From Anaeromyxobacter sp. (lineage in GTDB: Bacteria > Myxococcota > Myxococcia > Myxococcales > Anaeromyxobacteraceae): 64,000 nucleotides of DNA. The position numbers and the translations under genes were made by a program. Positions 52,581-63,057 of this stretch are shown piece after piece; position 1 is the first letter of the stretch, and each line of letters starts with the position of its first letter. The notes beneath the pieces were generated by a model. It was not told where the DNA came from. It did not search any database and saw nothing but the letters and a program-made list of their open reading frames with translations. The stretch covers positions 1 through 64,000 of the forward strand of contig JASGJN010000021.1 in assembly GCA_049840735.1 (NCBI GenBank), in the 5' to 3' direction.

Positions 52581-52729
52581 GGCGCCAGTCTACCGCCGGC
52601 GGCCCGGGCCGCCAGCGACACCGCGCCCCTTCCGCCGGGGCCGACGGCGCGTGTGCTGATATTCCCCGGCACGCGCGCCGCGCGTTCACGCTATCCTCTC
52701 GTGCCCCGGACACGCGGAGAGTCGAGCAC

Positions 52730-53638
<909 letters not shown>

Positions 53639-53754
53639 CGCCGCGCCCCGGAAGGTCCGCCGCGCAGGCGCCGGAGCCCACCTCCGGCTGAGGCCGCACG
53701 CCGCACGCCGCCTTTTGACCCCAGGATGTGGTTAGATCGCACTGGGAGTCCCAT

Positions 53755-56037
53755 ATGACCATTGCCGGGGCCGCGCTGGCGGCCAACGCGGTCGAGTTCG
53801 AGCTCACCGTGGGTCCGCACGCGGCCGACGACCTGCTGGTGGTGGCGTTCGAGGCCGAGGAGCGGCTCAGCGCGCCCTACGCGGTGGACGTGACCGTGGC
53901 CATCCGCGAGGGAACCGAGGTGGACGCGGCCGCGCTGGTGGCCGAGCCCGGCTGCCTCACCGTCCAGCTCGGCGACGGGAGCACGCGCTGCTTCGACGGC
54001 ATCGTCTCGGCCGTGCGCCGCTGGGACGAGGGGCCCGCCCAGCTGGAGCGGCGGCTGAGGGTGACGCTGGTGCCCAGCCTCTGGCGCCTCGGCTGCGTCT
54101 TCCGCAGCCGCATCTTCCAGGACCTGACCGTGCCGGAGATCGTGGAGCAGGTGCTCTCCGACGCCGGCATCACCGACCTCGAGCAGGCGCTCTCCGGCGA
54201 CTACGCGAAGCGCGGCTACACGGTGCAGCACCAGGAGACCGACCTCGACTTCGTGCAGCGCCTGCTGGAGGCGGAGGGCATCTTCTACTTCTTCAAGCAC
54301 GCCCAGGGGTCCCACACGCTGGTGCTGGGCGACGCGCCCTCCGTGCACGAGCCCATCGAGGGCGGCGAGGCCTCGCTCCCGTTCCACGCGCAGAGCGGGA
54401 TGACCGGCGGTGAGCAGGTGGACGAGCTGGCCGCGTCGGCGGAGGTGCTGCCGGGCAAGGTCACGCTGCGCGACTTCGACTGGCAGCGCCCCACCACCGA
54501 CCTGACGCAGGCCCGCGACGACGGCGGCGCCGACGCGGCGCTGGAGGTCTACGAGTACCCCGGCGGCTACGTCCAGGGGCGCGACGGCGCCGCGCTGGCC
54601 CGCATCCGGCTGGAGGAGCTCCGCGCCCGCGCCCAGCGCTTCAGCGGCGCCACCAACTGCCGGCGGCTCCTGCCGGGCCGCACCTTCGAGCTGACCGGCC
54701 ACCCGCTGGGCGAGCTGGACGGCGAGTACCTGATCCTCTCCGTGGCCCACCACGGCGACCAGTCCGAGCTGCTCTCCGCGCTGCACCGGCCGGACCGCCG
54801 CGCCGGGGAGCGGCGGGACCCGTTCCGCGCCCGCTTCGAGCTGCAGCGCAAGGACGTGCCCTTCCGCCCGGAGCGCCGCACGCCGCGGCCGCGGGCGCCG
54901 GGCGCGGAGACCGCCATCGTGGTCGGCCCCGCCGGCGAGGAGATCCACACCGACGAGCACGGCCGGGTCAAGGTGCAGTTCCACTGGGACCGCGAGGGCC
55001 AGCGCGACGACCACTCCAGCTGCTGGATCCGCGTGGCCCAGGCCTGGGCCGGCGCGGGCTGGGGCGCGCTCTACCTGCCGCGCATCGGCCAGGAGGTGGT
55101 GGTCGAGTTCCTGGGCGGCGACCCCGACCGGCCCATCGTGACCGGCAGCGTCTACAACGGCGCCAACCCGCCGCCGGTCCAGCTCCCCGGCGAGAAGACG
55201 CGCAGCACCCTGCGCTCCTTCACCAGCCCGGGCGGCGACGGCTTCAACGAGCTGGCCTTCGAGGACGCCGCCGGCCGCGAGCAGGTCTACTTCCACGCCC
55301 AGCGCGACGTCGAGGCGGTGGTGGAGCACGACCGCAGCGAGACCATCGGCGCCAACGACACGCTCACCGTCACCGGGGACCAGTCCGCCACGGTGGGGAA
55401 GAGCCGCGCGGTGAAGGTGACCGAGGACGACCGGCGCACCGTGGGCGGCAGCTCCTTCCTGGAGGTGGGGAAGGACCGGACCCTCACCGTGGGCGGCTCG
55501 CACACCGAGACCGTGGCCGGCCAGCAGGCGGTGAGCGTGGGGGGCGTCCAGAGCGTGACGGTGGCGATGGCCGCCGCGGAGACGGTCGGCCTGGGCAAGG
55601 CCCTCACCGTCGGCGGCGCCTACGCGGTCACGGTGGGCGGCCTCATGAACGAGCTGGTGGGCGGCCTCAAGGCGGAGGAGGTGGGCGGCGCCAAGGTGGA
55701 GGTGGTGGGGGCCAAGAAGACCGAGACCGTGATGAGCTCGCGCACGGTGGCGGTGGGCGGCGAGTCGTCCGAGACGGTCGGGAAGGCCCGCAGCGTGAAG
55801 ATCGGCGGGGACCTGCTCGTCTCCATCGGCGGGAAGCTCACCCAGGCCGTCAAGGCCAAGCACGAGCTGAACGCGAAGGAGATCGTGCTCTCGGCCGACG
55901 ACAAGCTCACCCTCAAGGTCGGCTCGGCCACCATCGAGCTCAAGAAGAGCGGCGACGTGGTGATCAAGGGGGCCAAGGTGGACGTGAAGGCCTCCGGCGC
56001 CATCGTCCTCAAGGCCGCCACCATCTCCGAGAACTGA
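53755..56037 (+). CDS. vgrG: Type VI secretion spike protein VgrG (copy 1)
   Basis: SRIFQD, QHQETDLDF, DEHGRVKVQFHWDR, SCWIRVAQAWAG, PRIGQEVVV and GFNELAFED, then gp5-type beta-helix repeats. Confidence 0.95.
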   Translation: MTIAGAALAANAVEFELTVGPHAADDLLVVAFEAEERLSAPYAVDVTVAIREGTEVDAAALVAEPGCLTVQLGDGSTRCFDGIVSAVRRWDEGPAQLERRLRVTLVPSLWRLGCVFRSRIFQDLTVPEIVEQVLSDAGITDLEQALSGDYAKRGYTVQHQETDLDFVQRLLEAEGIFYFFKHAQGSHTLVLGDAPSVHEPIEGGEASLPFHAQSGMTGGEQVDELAASAEVLPGKVTLRDFDWQRPTTDLTQARDDGGADAALEVYEYPGGYVQGRDGAALARIRLEELRARAQRFSGATNCRRLLPGRTFELTGHPLGELDGEYLILSVAHHGDQSELLSALHRPDRRAGERRDPFRARFELQRKDVPFRPERRTPRPRAPGAETAIVVGPAGEEIHTDEHGRVKVQFHWDREGQRDDHSSCWIRVAQAWAGAGWGALYLPRIGQEVVVEFLGGDPDRPIVTGSVYNGANPPPVQLPGEKTRSTLRSFTSPGGDGFNELAFEDAAGREQVYFHAQRDVEAVVEHDRSETIGANDTLTVTGDQSATVGKSRAVKVTEDDRRTVGGSSFLEVGKDRTLTVGGSHTETVAGQQAVSVGGVQSVTVAMAAAETVGLGKALTVGGAYAVTVGGLMNELVGGLKAEEVGGAKVEVVGAKKTETVMSSRTVAVGGESSETVGKARSVKIGGDLLVSIGGKLTQAVKAKHELNAKEIVLSADDKLTLKVGSATIELKKSGDVVIKGAKVDVKASGAIVLKAATISEN

Positions 56038-56039
56038 CC

Positions 56040-58554
56040 ATGGCCCGCGGCGAGCGCATCGCGTACGAGCTGGAGACCGGCGGCTTCGCCGAGGGCCAGC
56101 TGGTGGTCTGGGCCCTGCACGGCCGCGAGGCCCTCAACGAGCCCTTCGCCTTCTCGGTCCGCATCGGGACCCCCGACGGCGACCCGCTGGACCTGGCCGC
56201 CCTCCTGGGCGGCGAGGCGACGCTCACGCTGCGCCGCCCGGACGGCTCGGAGCGGGTGGTGCACGGCGAGGTCGGGCGGGCGCGGCTGGCCGGCGTGGCC
56301 GCCGGCGTGCCCACCTACGAGCTGCAGCTGGTCCCGCGGCTGGCCCGGCTGGCCCACGCCGCCTCCAGCCGCATCTTCCAGGACGTCACCGTGCCGGACC
56401 TGGTGGCCGAGGTCCTGGACGCGCACGGCGTGAAGCACCGCGCCGCGCTGGGGAGCTACCCGCAGCGCGAGTACGTGGTGCAGCACCAGGAGACGGACCT
56501 GGCCTTCGTCTCGCGCCTGCTCGAGGAGGAGGGGATCGGCTTCTGCTTCGAGCACGAGGCCGGCGCCCACACCCTGGTGCTCTTCGACGCCGCCGACGCC
56601 GGCCCCTCGCTGGACGAGGTCCTGCCCCTCCGGCAGGAGGAGCAGGGCGACGGCGACGTCTTCGCCGACCGGCTCGCCGCCGGCGCGGCGCTCCAGCCGC
56701 AGGCGGCGGCCTTGCGGGACTTCGACTTCCAGCGGCCGGCGCTGACGCTGGAGGCGAGGTCCGGCTCGGGCGCGCTGGAGCGGTACGAGTACCCCGCCGG
56801 CATCGCGACCGTCGGCGAGGGGCGCGCCCGCGCCGGCGTCCGGCTGGCCCAGTCGCGGGTCCGCGCCGCCACCTGGGAGGGCGTCACCACCGCCCTGGGG
56901 CTCTCGCCGGGCACGCGCTTCGAGGTGGACGGCACGCCCAGGCTGCGCTGCGTCTCGGTGGTGCACGAGGGGCAGCAGGAGCGCCGCCCCGGCGGCGAGC
57001 TGCTGGCCACCTACCGCAACGCCTTCCGCGCCCTGTCCGGCGACGAGCCCTGGCGGCCGCCGCGCCGGACCCCGCGGCCCCGCGCCCACGGCCTGGAGAC
57101 GGCCCTGGTCACCGGCCCCGGCGGCGAGGAGATCAACGTCGACGCCCACGGCCGGGTGAAGGTGCAGTTCCACTGGGATCGCCAGGGGCAGCGGGACGAC
57201 CGGTCCAGCTGCTGGGTGCGGGTGGCGCAGGCCTGGGCCGGCGCCGGCATGGGCGCCAGCGTGGTGCCGCGCATCGGCCAGGAGGTGCTGATCCGCTTCC
57301 TGGCCGGGGACGCCGACCGGCCGCTGCTGGTGGGCGCCGTCTACGACGGCCAGAACCGGACCCCGGTCTCGCTCCCGGACGACCGGACCCGCAGCACCCA
57401 CCGCTCCGCCTCCAGCCTGGGCAGCGACGGCTTCAACGAGCTCTCCTTCCAGGACCAGGCCGGCGCGGAGCGCGTCTACCTGCACGCCCAGCGCGACCTG
57501 GTCGCCGAGGTGGGCAACGACCGGACCGCCCAGGTGCGCGGCGACGAGGCGGTGGCCATCGGCGGCGACCTGGACCAGACCATCCTGGGCCGGCGCACGC
57601 GCGCGGTGGGCGAGGACCAGGCCAGCGTGGTGGGCGGCGGGGAGACCACGCTGATCGCCGCCGCCCGGGGCGAGACCGTGGGCGGGGACGACACGCAGGG
57701 CGTGGGCCAGGCCCGGAGCCTCACCGTGGGCGGCGCCCGGACGGTGGGCGTGGCCGCGGCCTCGGCCGAGACGGTCGGGGCCGCCGGCGCGCTCACGGTG
57801 GGCGGCGCCTACGCCATCTCCGTCGGGCTCGCCTCCAACGTGGCGGTGGGCGGCGCGCTGCTGCAGCAGGTGGTCGGCGCCAAGACCGTGGTGGTGAACA
57901 AGAGCCAGGAGGAGCGGGTGGGCAAGGACCGCTCCCTCAGGATCATGGGCGAGGACCGGCTCGAGATTCGGGAAGGGCTCCAGCGTCACCGTGGGGAAGG
58001 ACGGCCGCGACGAGGTCGGCAAGCGGCTGGTGGTGGACGTGAAGGAGGGGAGCATGGGGCTGGCCCAGTCCTTCCTGCTCAAGGCGGACACCGTCACGCT
58101 CAAGGTGGGCGGGCGGCCGCTGCTCAACGCCAAGAGCTCCGGCGCGGTGACCTGGGCGGTCTCCTCCCTCACCATCGACGCCAGCGGGAAGCTCACGATC
58201 AAGGGCGCCTCTGTCTCCAAGAAGTCCGGCGAGGGCGGCTCGGGCGCGGCCCGGACGCAGAAGAAGGTGACGGCCAAGGGGAGCGTCAGCGTCCGCGTCC
58301 CCATGAGCCCGGAGCAGGCCGGCCAGAGCCCGCTGGCCTTCGTCCTCGAGTCCACCGACGGCGCCTTCAAGCAGAAGAAGTCGCTCAAGGGGGACAAGGT
58401 GGACGGGGACGGCGGCGTGCAGCTCCCGTTCAAGGACGTGCCGGACGACAAGACCTTCCGGCTCAAGCTGGTGGCGCCGGGCGGGCAGGAGGTGCTGCTC
58501 GCCGACGGCGTGCCGTACCTCCAGCTGTCGGCCGCCCTGAGCGGCCAGGGCTGA
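56040..58554 (+). CDS. vgrG: VgrG (copy 2) with a ~110-aa C-terminal extension; 1-nt insertion near 57967
   Basis: Same VgrG motifs as copy 1. Correcting GAGATTCG to GAGATCG joins it to ORF 57991-58554, continuing the beta-repeats (EIGKGSSVTVGKDG...). Confidence 0.9.
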
Positions 58555-58576
58555 ACCCGGTCCCGTGGAGCCCGCC

Positions 58577-59185
58577 ATGTCCAGCGCCCTCCGTCGTGCC
58601 GCCGCCCTGGCCCTGGCCCTCGCGCTCGCCCCGGCGGCCGCCCGCGCCGGCGGCGCGGTGCTCCTCCCCCTGCCGCTCGAGACCGTGGTCGCGCGGGCCT
58701 CGGTGGTCGTGGGTGGCACCTCGCTGGGCGAGCGCAGGCAGCAGGTGCGGGTCCCCATCGGCGAGACCGGCCTGGCGCCGGGCGGGCGGACCCACCTCGA
58801 GTTCGAGGTCTGGCAGGTGGGCCTGCGGGTGGAGCGGGTGCTCGGCGGCGACCCGCGCCACCTGGTGAAGCTGGGGGACGAGCTCTGGGTCACCGCTCCC
58901 GGCAGCTACGACGCGGGGATGCGCGGCGAGGTGGCGGCCGCCGCCTTCGTCTCCATGGAGAGCTACGCGCCCGCCGCCTACGTCAACGCGACCAGCCCGG
59001 GGACGAAGCTCATCGCCTTCGTCGAGACCTCGGCCGATCGCGCCGCGCGAGGCCGGAAGGTCTCCGGCCTGGACGGCGGCTGGTGGCTCACGGCGCAGGA
59101 CGCCTTCGAGGGCCCGGGGCAGCGGGCCAAGGTCGAGCGGATCCGGCGCGCCCATCCCGGGCCCCGCCCGGCCAAGCCCCGCTGA
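58577..59185 (+). CDS. Exported hypothetical protein downstream of vgrG2
   Basis: Signal peptide (ALALALALAPAAARA) and LPLETVVARASVVVGG; co-oriented with vgrG. Confidence 0.65.
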   Translation: MSSALRRAAALALALALAPAAARAGGAVLLPLPLETVVARASVVVGGTSLGERRQQVRVPIGETGLAPGGRTHLEFEVWQVGLRVERVLGGDPRHLVKLGDELWVTAPGSYDAGMRGEVAAAAFVSMESYAPAAYVNATSPGTKLIAFVETSADRAARGRKVSGLDGGWWLTAQDAFEGPGQRAKVERIRRAHPGPRPAKPR

Positions 59186-59191
59186 GCGGCC

Positions 59192-59974
59192 TCACTCCAC
59201 CGGCGGGAACGGCGGCACCGTGGCCAGGTAGGCCTTCACCTGGTCGATCACCGTCAGGTCGTAGTTGGTGAGCGGCTTGGGCGCGCCGGCGAAGGCCTGG
59301 CCGGAGAGGCCCGCCACCAGGTCCACCACGCGGTCGCAGACCCGCAGGTGCTGGGGCCCGGGGATCCCCTCCACCAGCCGGACGGCCGGGGTCCAGTCGT
59401 CCAGCAGCGGCGTGAGCGGCGAGAGCAGCCAGGGCTGCGAGATCAGCTCGGCGTGGAGCACCAGCCGCGGGCTGTCGGCCGGCTTGGCCTCGCGCAGCCA
59501 GCCGGCGAAGGTCACCCGCGCCTCCTCCTCGCCCCGGCGCGCCAGCGCCACCACCATGGCCTCGCGCACCGCCGCGTGGGGCTCGTGCTCCACCTGGGCG
59601 CGCAGCGCCGCCGGGTCCCAGCCGTCCAGCCTGGCCAGCAGCAGCGCCACCTTGCGCCGGACCATCCAGTCCGACGGCCGCGCGAAGCCGGCCACCAGCG
59701 CCGGCGCCAGCTCCGGCGTGGCCAGCGTGCCCAGCGTGTTGGCGGCGGTGGAGGCGACGGCGGCGTCGGCGTCGCCCAGCGCCTGCACCAGCGGCCGCCC
59801 GGCCTCCGGCGCGCGGGTCGCGCCCATGCACTCGACGGCCAGCCCCCGCACGTCCCCCGACGCGTCGCCGGCCAGGAGCAGCAGCTCGGGCAGGGCGCCC
59901 TTGCCCAGCCGCGCCGCCTCGGCCCAGGCCGCCTCGATGTCGCCGGCGCGGATGCTGTCGGTCAGTGCGCCCAT
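59192..59974 (-). CDS. HEAT-repeat protein
   Basis: Repeats DVRGLAVECMG, AVASTAANTLG, MVRRKVALLLA and AVREAMVVALA. Confidence 0.8.
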   Translation of the reverse strand: MGALTDSIRAGDIEAAWAEAARLGKGALPELLLLAGDASGDVRGLAVECMGATRAPEAGRPLVQALGDADAAVASTAANTLGTLATPELAPALVAGFARPSDWMVRRKVALLLARLDGWDPAALRAQVEHEPHAAVREAMVVALARRGEEEARVTFAGWLREAKPADSPRLVLHAELISQPWLLSPLTPLLDDWTPAVRLVEGIPGPQHLRVCDRVVDLVAGLSGQAFAGAPKPLTNYDLTVIDQVKAYLATVPPFPPVE

Positions 59975-59982
59975 GGGTCCCC

Positions 59983-61161
59983 TCAGAAGGCGTCGGCCGC
60001 GGTCCGCGCGGTCGTGGCTTCACCGTCGGTGATGAGCTGCGAGAGATCCTTCATGGTGATGAGCGCGCCGTTCCTGGGCGCGTCCTTGTTCCAGGGCGCG
60101 GGGATGCGGAACGTCCCGTAGCCGAGCTTGTCGAGCCAGTTCCCGAAGGTGGTCGGGGGGATGGTCGGGTACATCAGCATCCGGCGGGACCACAGGTCCT
60201 GGCGCTGGTGGCCGGCGTCCTGCTTCTCCGGGTGCCACAGCATCAGGAAGTGGCCGATCTCGTGGGCCAGCATGGCGGACTGCAGCTGGTTGTCGAGCGC
60301 GTACGCGCCCCGCGCCTCGTCGGCCACGATGATGCCGGGCGTGGTGATGCCCGCCGCGTCGTAGGCGTGCGCCGCCACCTGGCCGGGCGCGATGCCCAGG
60401 CCGAAGTAGCCCTCGCCGGCGGTGCCCAGCACGTGGTGGGCGAAGTAGACGTGGATCGTCTTGGGCAGCGCCGCCGGCGCGGGACCGCCGCCCGCAGGGG
60501 CGGCCGGCGGGTTGAAGGTCGCGAACAGGTTGCCGATGTCCGGCCCCCAGGTGGCGGCGCCGGCGATGGCGGTCTGGAAGGTGTGCTCCACCGTGCTGAG
60601 CAGGGTGAAGTTGATCCCGAACGGCTTCCAGATGGACTGGACCCCGGTGAGCACCTCCTCCGGGCGGCGGGTCGGGGCGACGGGCGGCACCGGCGGGACC
60701 GCGGCGGCGTTGGCCGCGGTGGTGATCTTCACCAGGTGCGGCTTGATGCGCAGCGTGATGGGCCGGTAGACCCAGACGCCCAGCTGCGCCAGCACAGGGC
60801 CGCCCGCGCTGCCGTAGCGGATCTGGATCCTGGCCGTGGCCGGGTTGCCCCCGGCCACGCCGCGCACCTTGACCTGCGTGACGGCGCCGGGGCCGAGCTG
60901 GGCGGCGCCGTCCACCGCCGCCACGCCTGGCGCGCTGGAGGTGGCGAAGAGCGGCGCGTCGCTCTTCAGGTGCTGCCGCACCACCTCCACGATGATGCGC
61001 TCGTTCTGGCAGACCGCCACCAGCGGGCCGCGCTCCGGCCCGCCGAAGCCGCGCTCGTCGAGGTCCGGCCGCTCGGCCATGGGCGCGCCGGTGGTGGCCC
61101 GGCGGAAGGTCACCGGGACGAGCCGCCGCGCGCGGTGGATGGGGAGGGGGAGCCCGGGCAT
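59983..61161 (-). CDS. Metzincin-like zinc metalloprotease without signal peptide (candidate T6SS cargo)
   Basis: HEIGHFLMLWH (HExxHxxxxxH) and a Met-turn-like RMLMYP, with a beta-rich N-terminal region. Confidence 0.72.
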   Translation of the reverse strand: MPGLPLPIHRARRLVPVTFRRATTGAPMAERPDLDERGFGGPERGPLVAVCQNERIIVEVVRQHLKSDAPLFATSSAPGVAAVDGAAQLGPGAVTQVKVRGVAGGNPATARIQIRYGSAGGPVLAQLGVWVYRPITLRIKPHLVKITTAANAAAVPPVPPVAPTRRPEEVLTGVQSIWKPFGINFTLLSTVEHTFQTAIAGAATWGPDIGNLFATFNPPAAPAGGGPAPAALPKTIHVYFAHHVLGTAGEGYFGLGIAPGQVAAHAYDAAGITTPGIIVADEARGAYALDNQLQSAMLAHEIGHFLMLWHPEKQDAGHQRQDLWSRRMLMYPTIPPTTFGNWLDKLGYGTFRIPAPWNKDAPRNGALITMKDLSQLITDGEATTARTAADAF

Positions 61162-61163
61162 GG

Positions 61164-61610
61164 TCACTCGCCGTACTGCGTCTTGAGCTGCTCCTGGGTG
61201 GCCGCGTGGGTGATGTCGCCGAGCGTGTCCAGCGGCGCGTTGTCGGCCTGGAACTGGAGCAGCGCCAGGCCGGTCTTCACCCCCACCACGCCGTCCACCC
61301 GCCCCAGCTCGTAGCCCAGCCCCTGCAGGCGGCGCTGCACGCCCAGCACGGTGTCCTTGGCCTCCAGCGCCCCCACCGGCGTCACCTCGTAGGTGCTGCC
61401 CAGCATCTCCAGCGTGGCCTTGGCGTTGGCCGGCAGCGCGACGTGGATCTTCCCGTCCGCGCCGGTCTTGCCCTGGGAGACGTGGCCGGCGACCGTGAGC
61501 TTGTAGTCCACGTCGGCGATGGCCCGGTCGGCGTCGCTGCCGTCGGTGCCGGGGTAGCGCTGGAGGACCAGCTCCAGCGTGACGAGGTTCACGTTCTGCG
61601 GGTTGGGCAT
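61164..61610 (-). CDS. Small protein with an N-terminal beta domain and a C-terminal PG_binding_1 domain
   Basis: GVQRRLQGLGY...VDGVVGVKT..ALLQFQ. N-terminal DYKLTV...GKTGADG motif. Confidence 0.82.
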   Translation of the reverse strand: MPNPQNVNLVTLELVLQRYPGTDGSDADRAIADVDYKLTVAGHVSQGKTGADGKIHVALPANAKATLEMLGSTYEVTPVGALEAKDTVLGVQRRLQGLGYELGRVDGVVGVKTGLALLQFQADNAPLDTLGDITHAATQEQLKTQYGE

Positions 61611-61743
61611 GGTGGGCCCTCGGCCTCCGGCGCATCCTAGCAGGAGCGCGGACCGCCTGTGACGCCGAGTGCACCGGCGAGCCGCGGCGCCGCAGCCCCC
61701 TTCGCGGCGCCCCTGGCCACAGGACCCCGGAGCGCGGGCCCGC

Positions 61744-62211
61744 TCAGCGCACCGTCAGGTCGAGCGGGATCTCCAGGTCCACCGGCGGGCCGCGGAAGGC
61801 CGGGAAGGAGAGCTGCCGCCCGGCCTTGACCAGGCAGCTGCGCAGCTGGCGGTCCTTCACCTTCGCGTCGGCGAGCTGGGCGGAGGAGACGCGCCCGCTG
61901 GGCTGCACCTTGAGGCGCAGCGTGGCCTCTCCCAGCGTCGAGGGCCCCTTGCGGCCGCGCGCGGCGCGGGTGGCGCAGTCGTCCAGGTGCACGCGCTGCG
62001 AGGCCAGCGCCTGCTGCACCGCGGCCGCGTCCAGGCCGTCGGTGGCGGCGGGGAGCTGGGGGTCGGCCTTCCTGCCGCCGCCCTGCAGGTTGGCGGGCGC
62101 GGGCGCGAAGGTGTTGCTGGGCGGGGGCGGCTCCTTGGCCGCCGCGGGCGGCGCGGCCAGGAGCAGGGCGAGGAGGGGCGCGACGAGCTGCAGCGGCCGG
62201 GCGGTGATCAT
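61744..62211 (-). CDS. Exported AgmX/PglI C-terminal (TonB-C-like) domain protein, paralog 1
   Basis: Signal peptide, LDAAAVQQAL...LDDC, LKVQPSGRVSS, LRSCL and FPAFRGPP. Confidence 0.75.
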   Translation of the reverse strand: MITARPLQLVAPLLALLLAAPPAAAKEPPPPSNTFAPAPANLQGGGRKADPQLPAATDGLDAAAVQQALASQRVHLDDCATRAARGRKGPSTLGEATLRLKVQPSGRVSSAQLADAKVKDRQLRSCLVKAGRQLSFPAFRGPPVDLEIPLDLTVR

Positions 62212-62303
62212 GGCGCCGGCGATGCTAGCAAACGCGGGTGTGGGGAAGCTGCCCCCGGTTACACCTGGAGCGGAAACGCCACGGCGCGCCGCGGCGGGGT
62301 GCT

Positions 62304-62786
62304 TCAGCGCGCCGCGACCCGAACTGGAAGCTCCACGCTGACCGGGGGCCCGCGGAAGGGCGGGAAGTTCACGCGCCGCGAGGCCTCCAGGAGGCAGCGC
62401 TGCAGCGCCGGACCGCGCAGCTGGGACTCCGCCACCTGCACCTGCGAGATGCTCCCGCTCGGCTGCACCGTCAGGAGGAGCCTGGCCTTGCCCAGCCGGC
62501 CCGCGCTCCCCTGCCGCTGCGCCGCGCGCGTGGCGCAGGCGCGGAACGCGCCCTGGTGCTGCTGCAGCGTGGACTGCACCGCCCCCTCGTCCAGGCTGTC
62601 GGAGCGGAAGCCGAGCGCGGGCTCCGGCTTGGCGCCGGCGCCCTGCAGGTTCTTCGGCGCGGGCGTGAACGGGTTGCGGGGAGCGGCGGCGCCGCGTGGC
62701 GCGGCATGGGCCGGGCCGGCGATCACGGCCAGGAGCAGCGCGGCCAGGGCCGGCGCTGCGGAGCGGAGGAAGAGGTGGGCGCGCAT
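62304..62786 (-). CDS. Exported AgmX/PglI C-terminal (TonB-C-like) domain protein, paralog 2
   Basis: Signal peptide, LDEGAVQSTL...FRAC, LTVQPSGSISQ, LQRCL and FPPFRGPP. Confidence 0.75.
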   Translation of the reverse strand: MRAHLFLRSAAPALAALLLAVIAGPAHAAPRGAAAPRNPFTPAPKNLQGAGAKPEPALGFRSDSLDEGAVQSTLQQHQGAFRACATRAAQRQGSAGRLGKARLLLTVQPSGSISQVQVAESQLRGPALQRCLLEASRRVNFPPFRGPPVSVELPVRVAAR

Positions 62787-63057
62787 GCGAGGCAGTGAGG
62801 CTAGCAGAGTCGCCGTGGGGAAATCTGCCCGGATGCGCACCTCGAGGCGCCCAAACTGCCTGTGCGGCTTCGCCGCGCGTGTACCCGAAATCCCGCGCCC
62901 CGGAGCAGCTCCGGCCCGAAGAGCCGCGCCGTCACGCGCCCTTGGAGAGGAAATCGCCCGCCGGTGAGCGAGCGTGCAGATCGGCGCCGAGGGCGGAACT
63001 GGCCGTCCCGCCGGCGCAGCCGTCTGGGGCTTCGGTCCTCGCGGGGAGCGGCGTGCC

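Noticed and set aside
55320..55800. Repeat array or CRISPR-like periodicity in vgrG
   Set aside because: These are coding 8-residue beta-helix repeats (TVGG) of the gp5-like spike. No repeat-spacer structure exists anywhere in the window.
53755..58554. Prophage tail or complete T6SS
   Set aside because: No sheath, tube, baseplate, capsid or integrase genes in the window.
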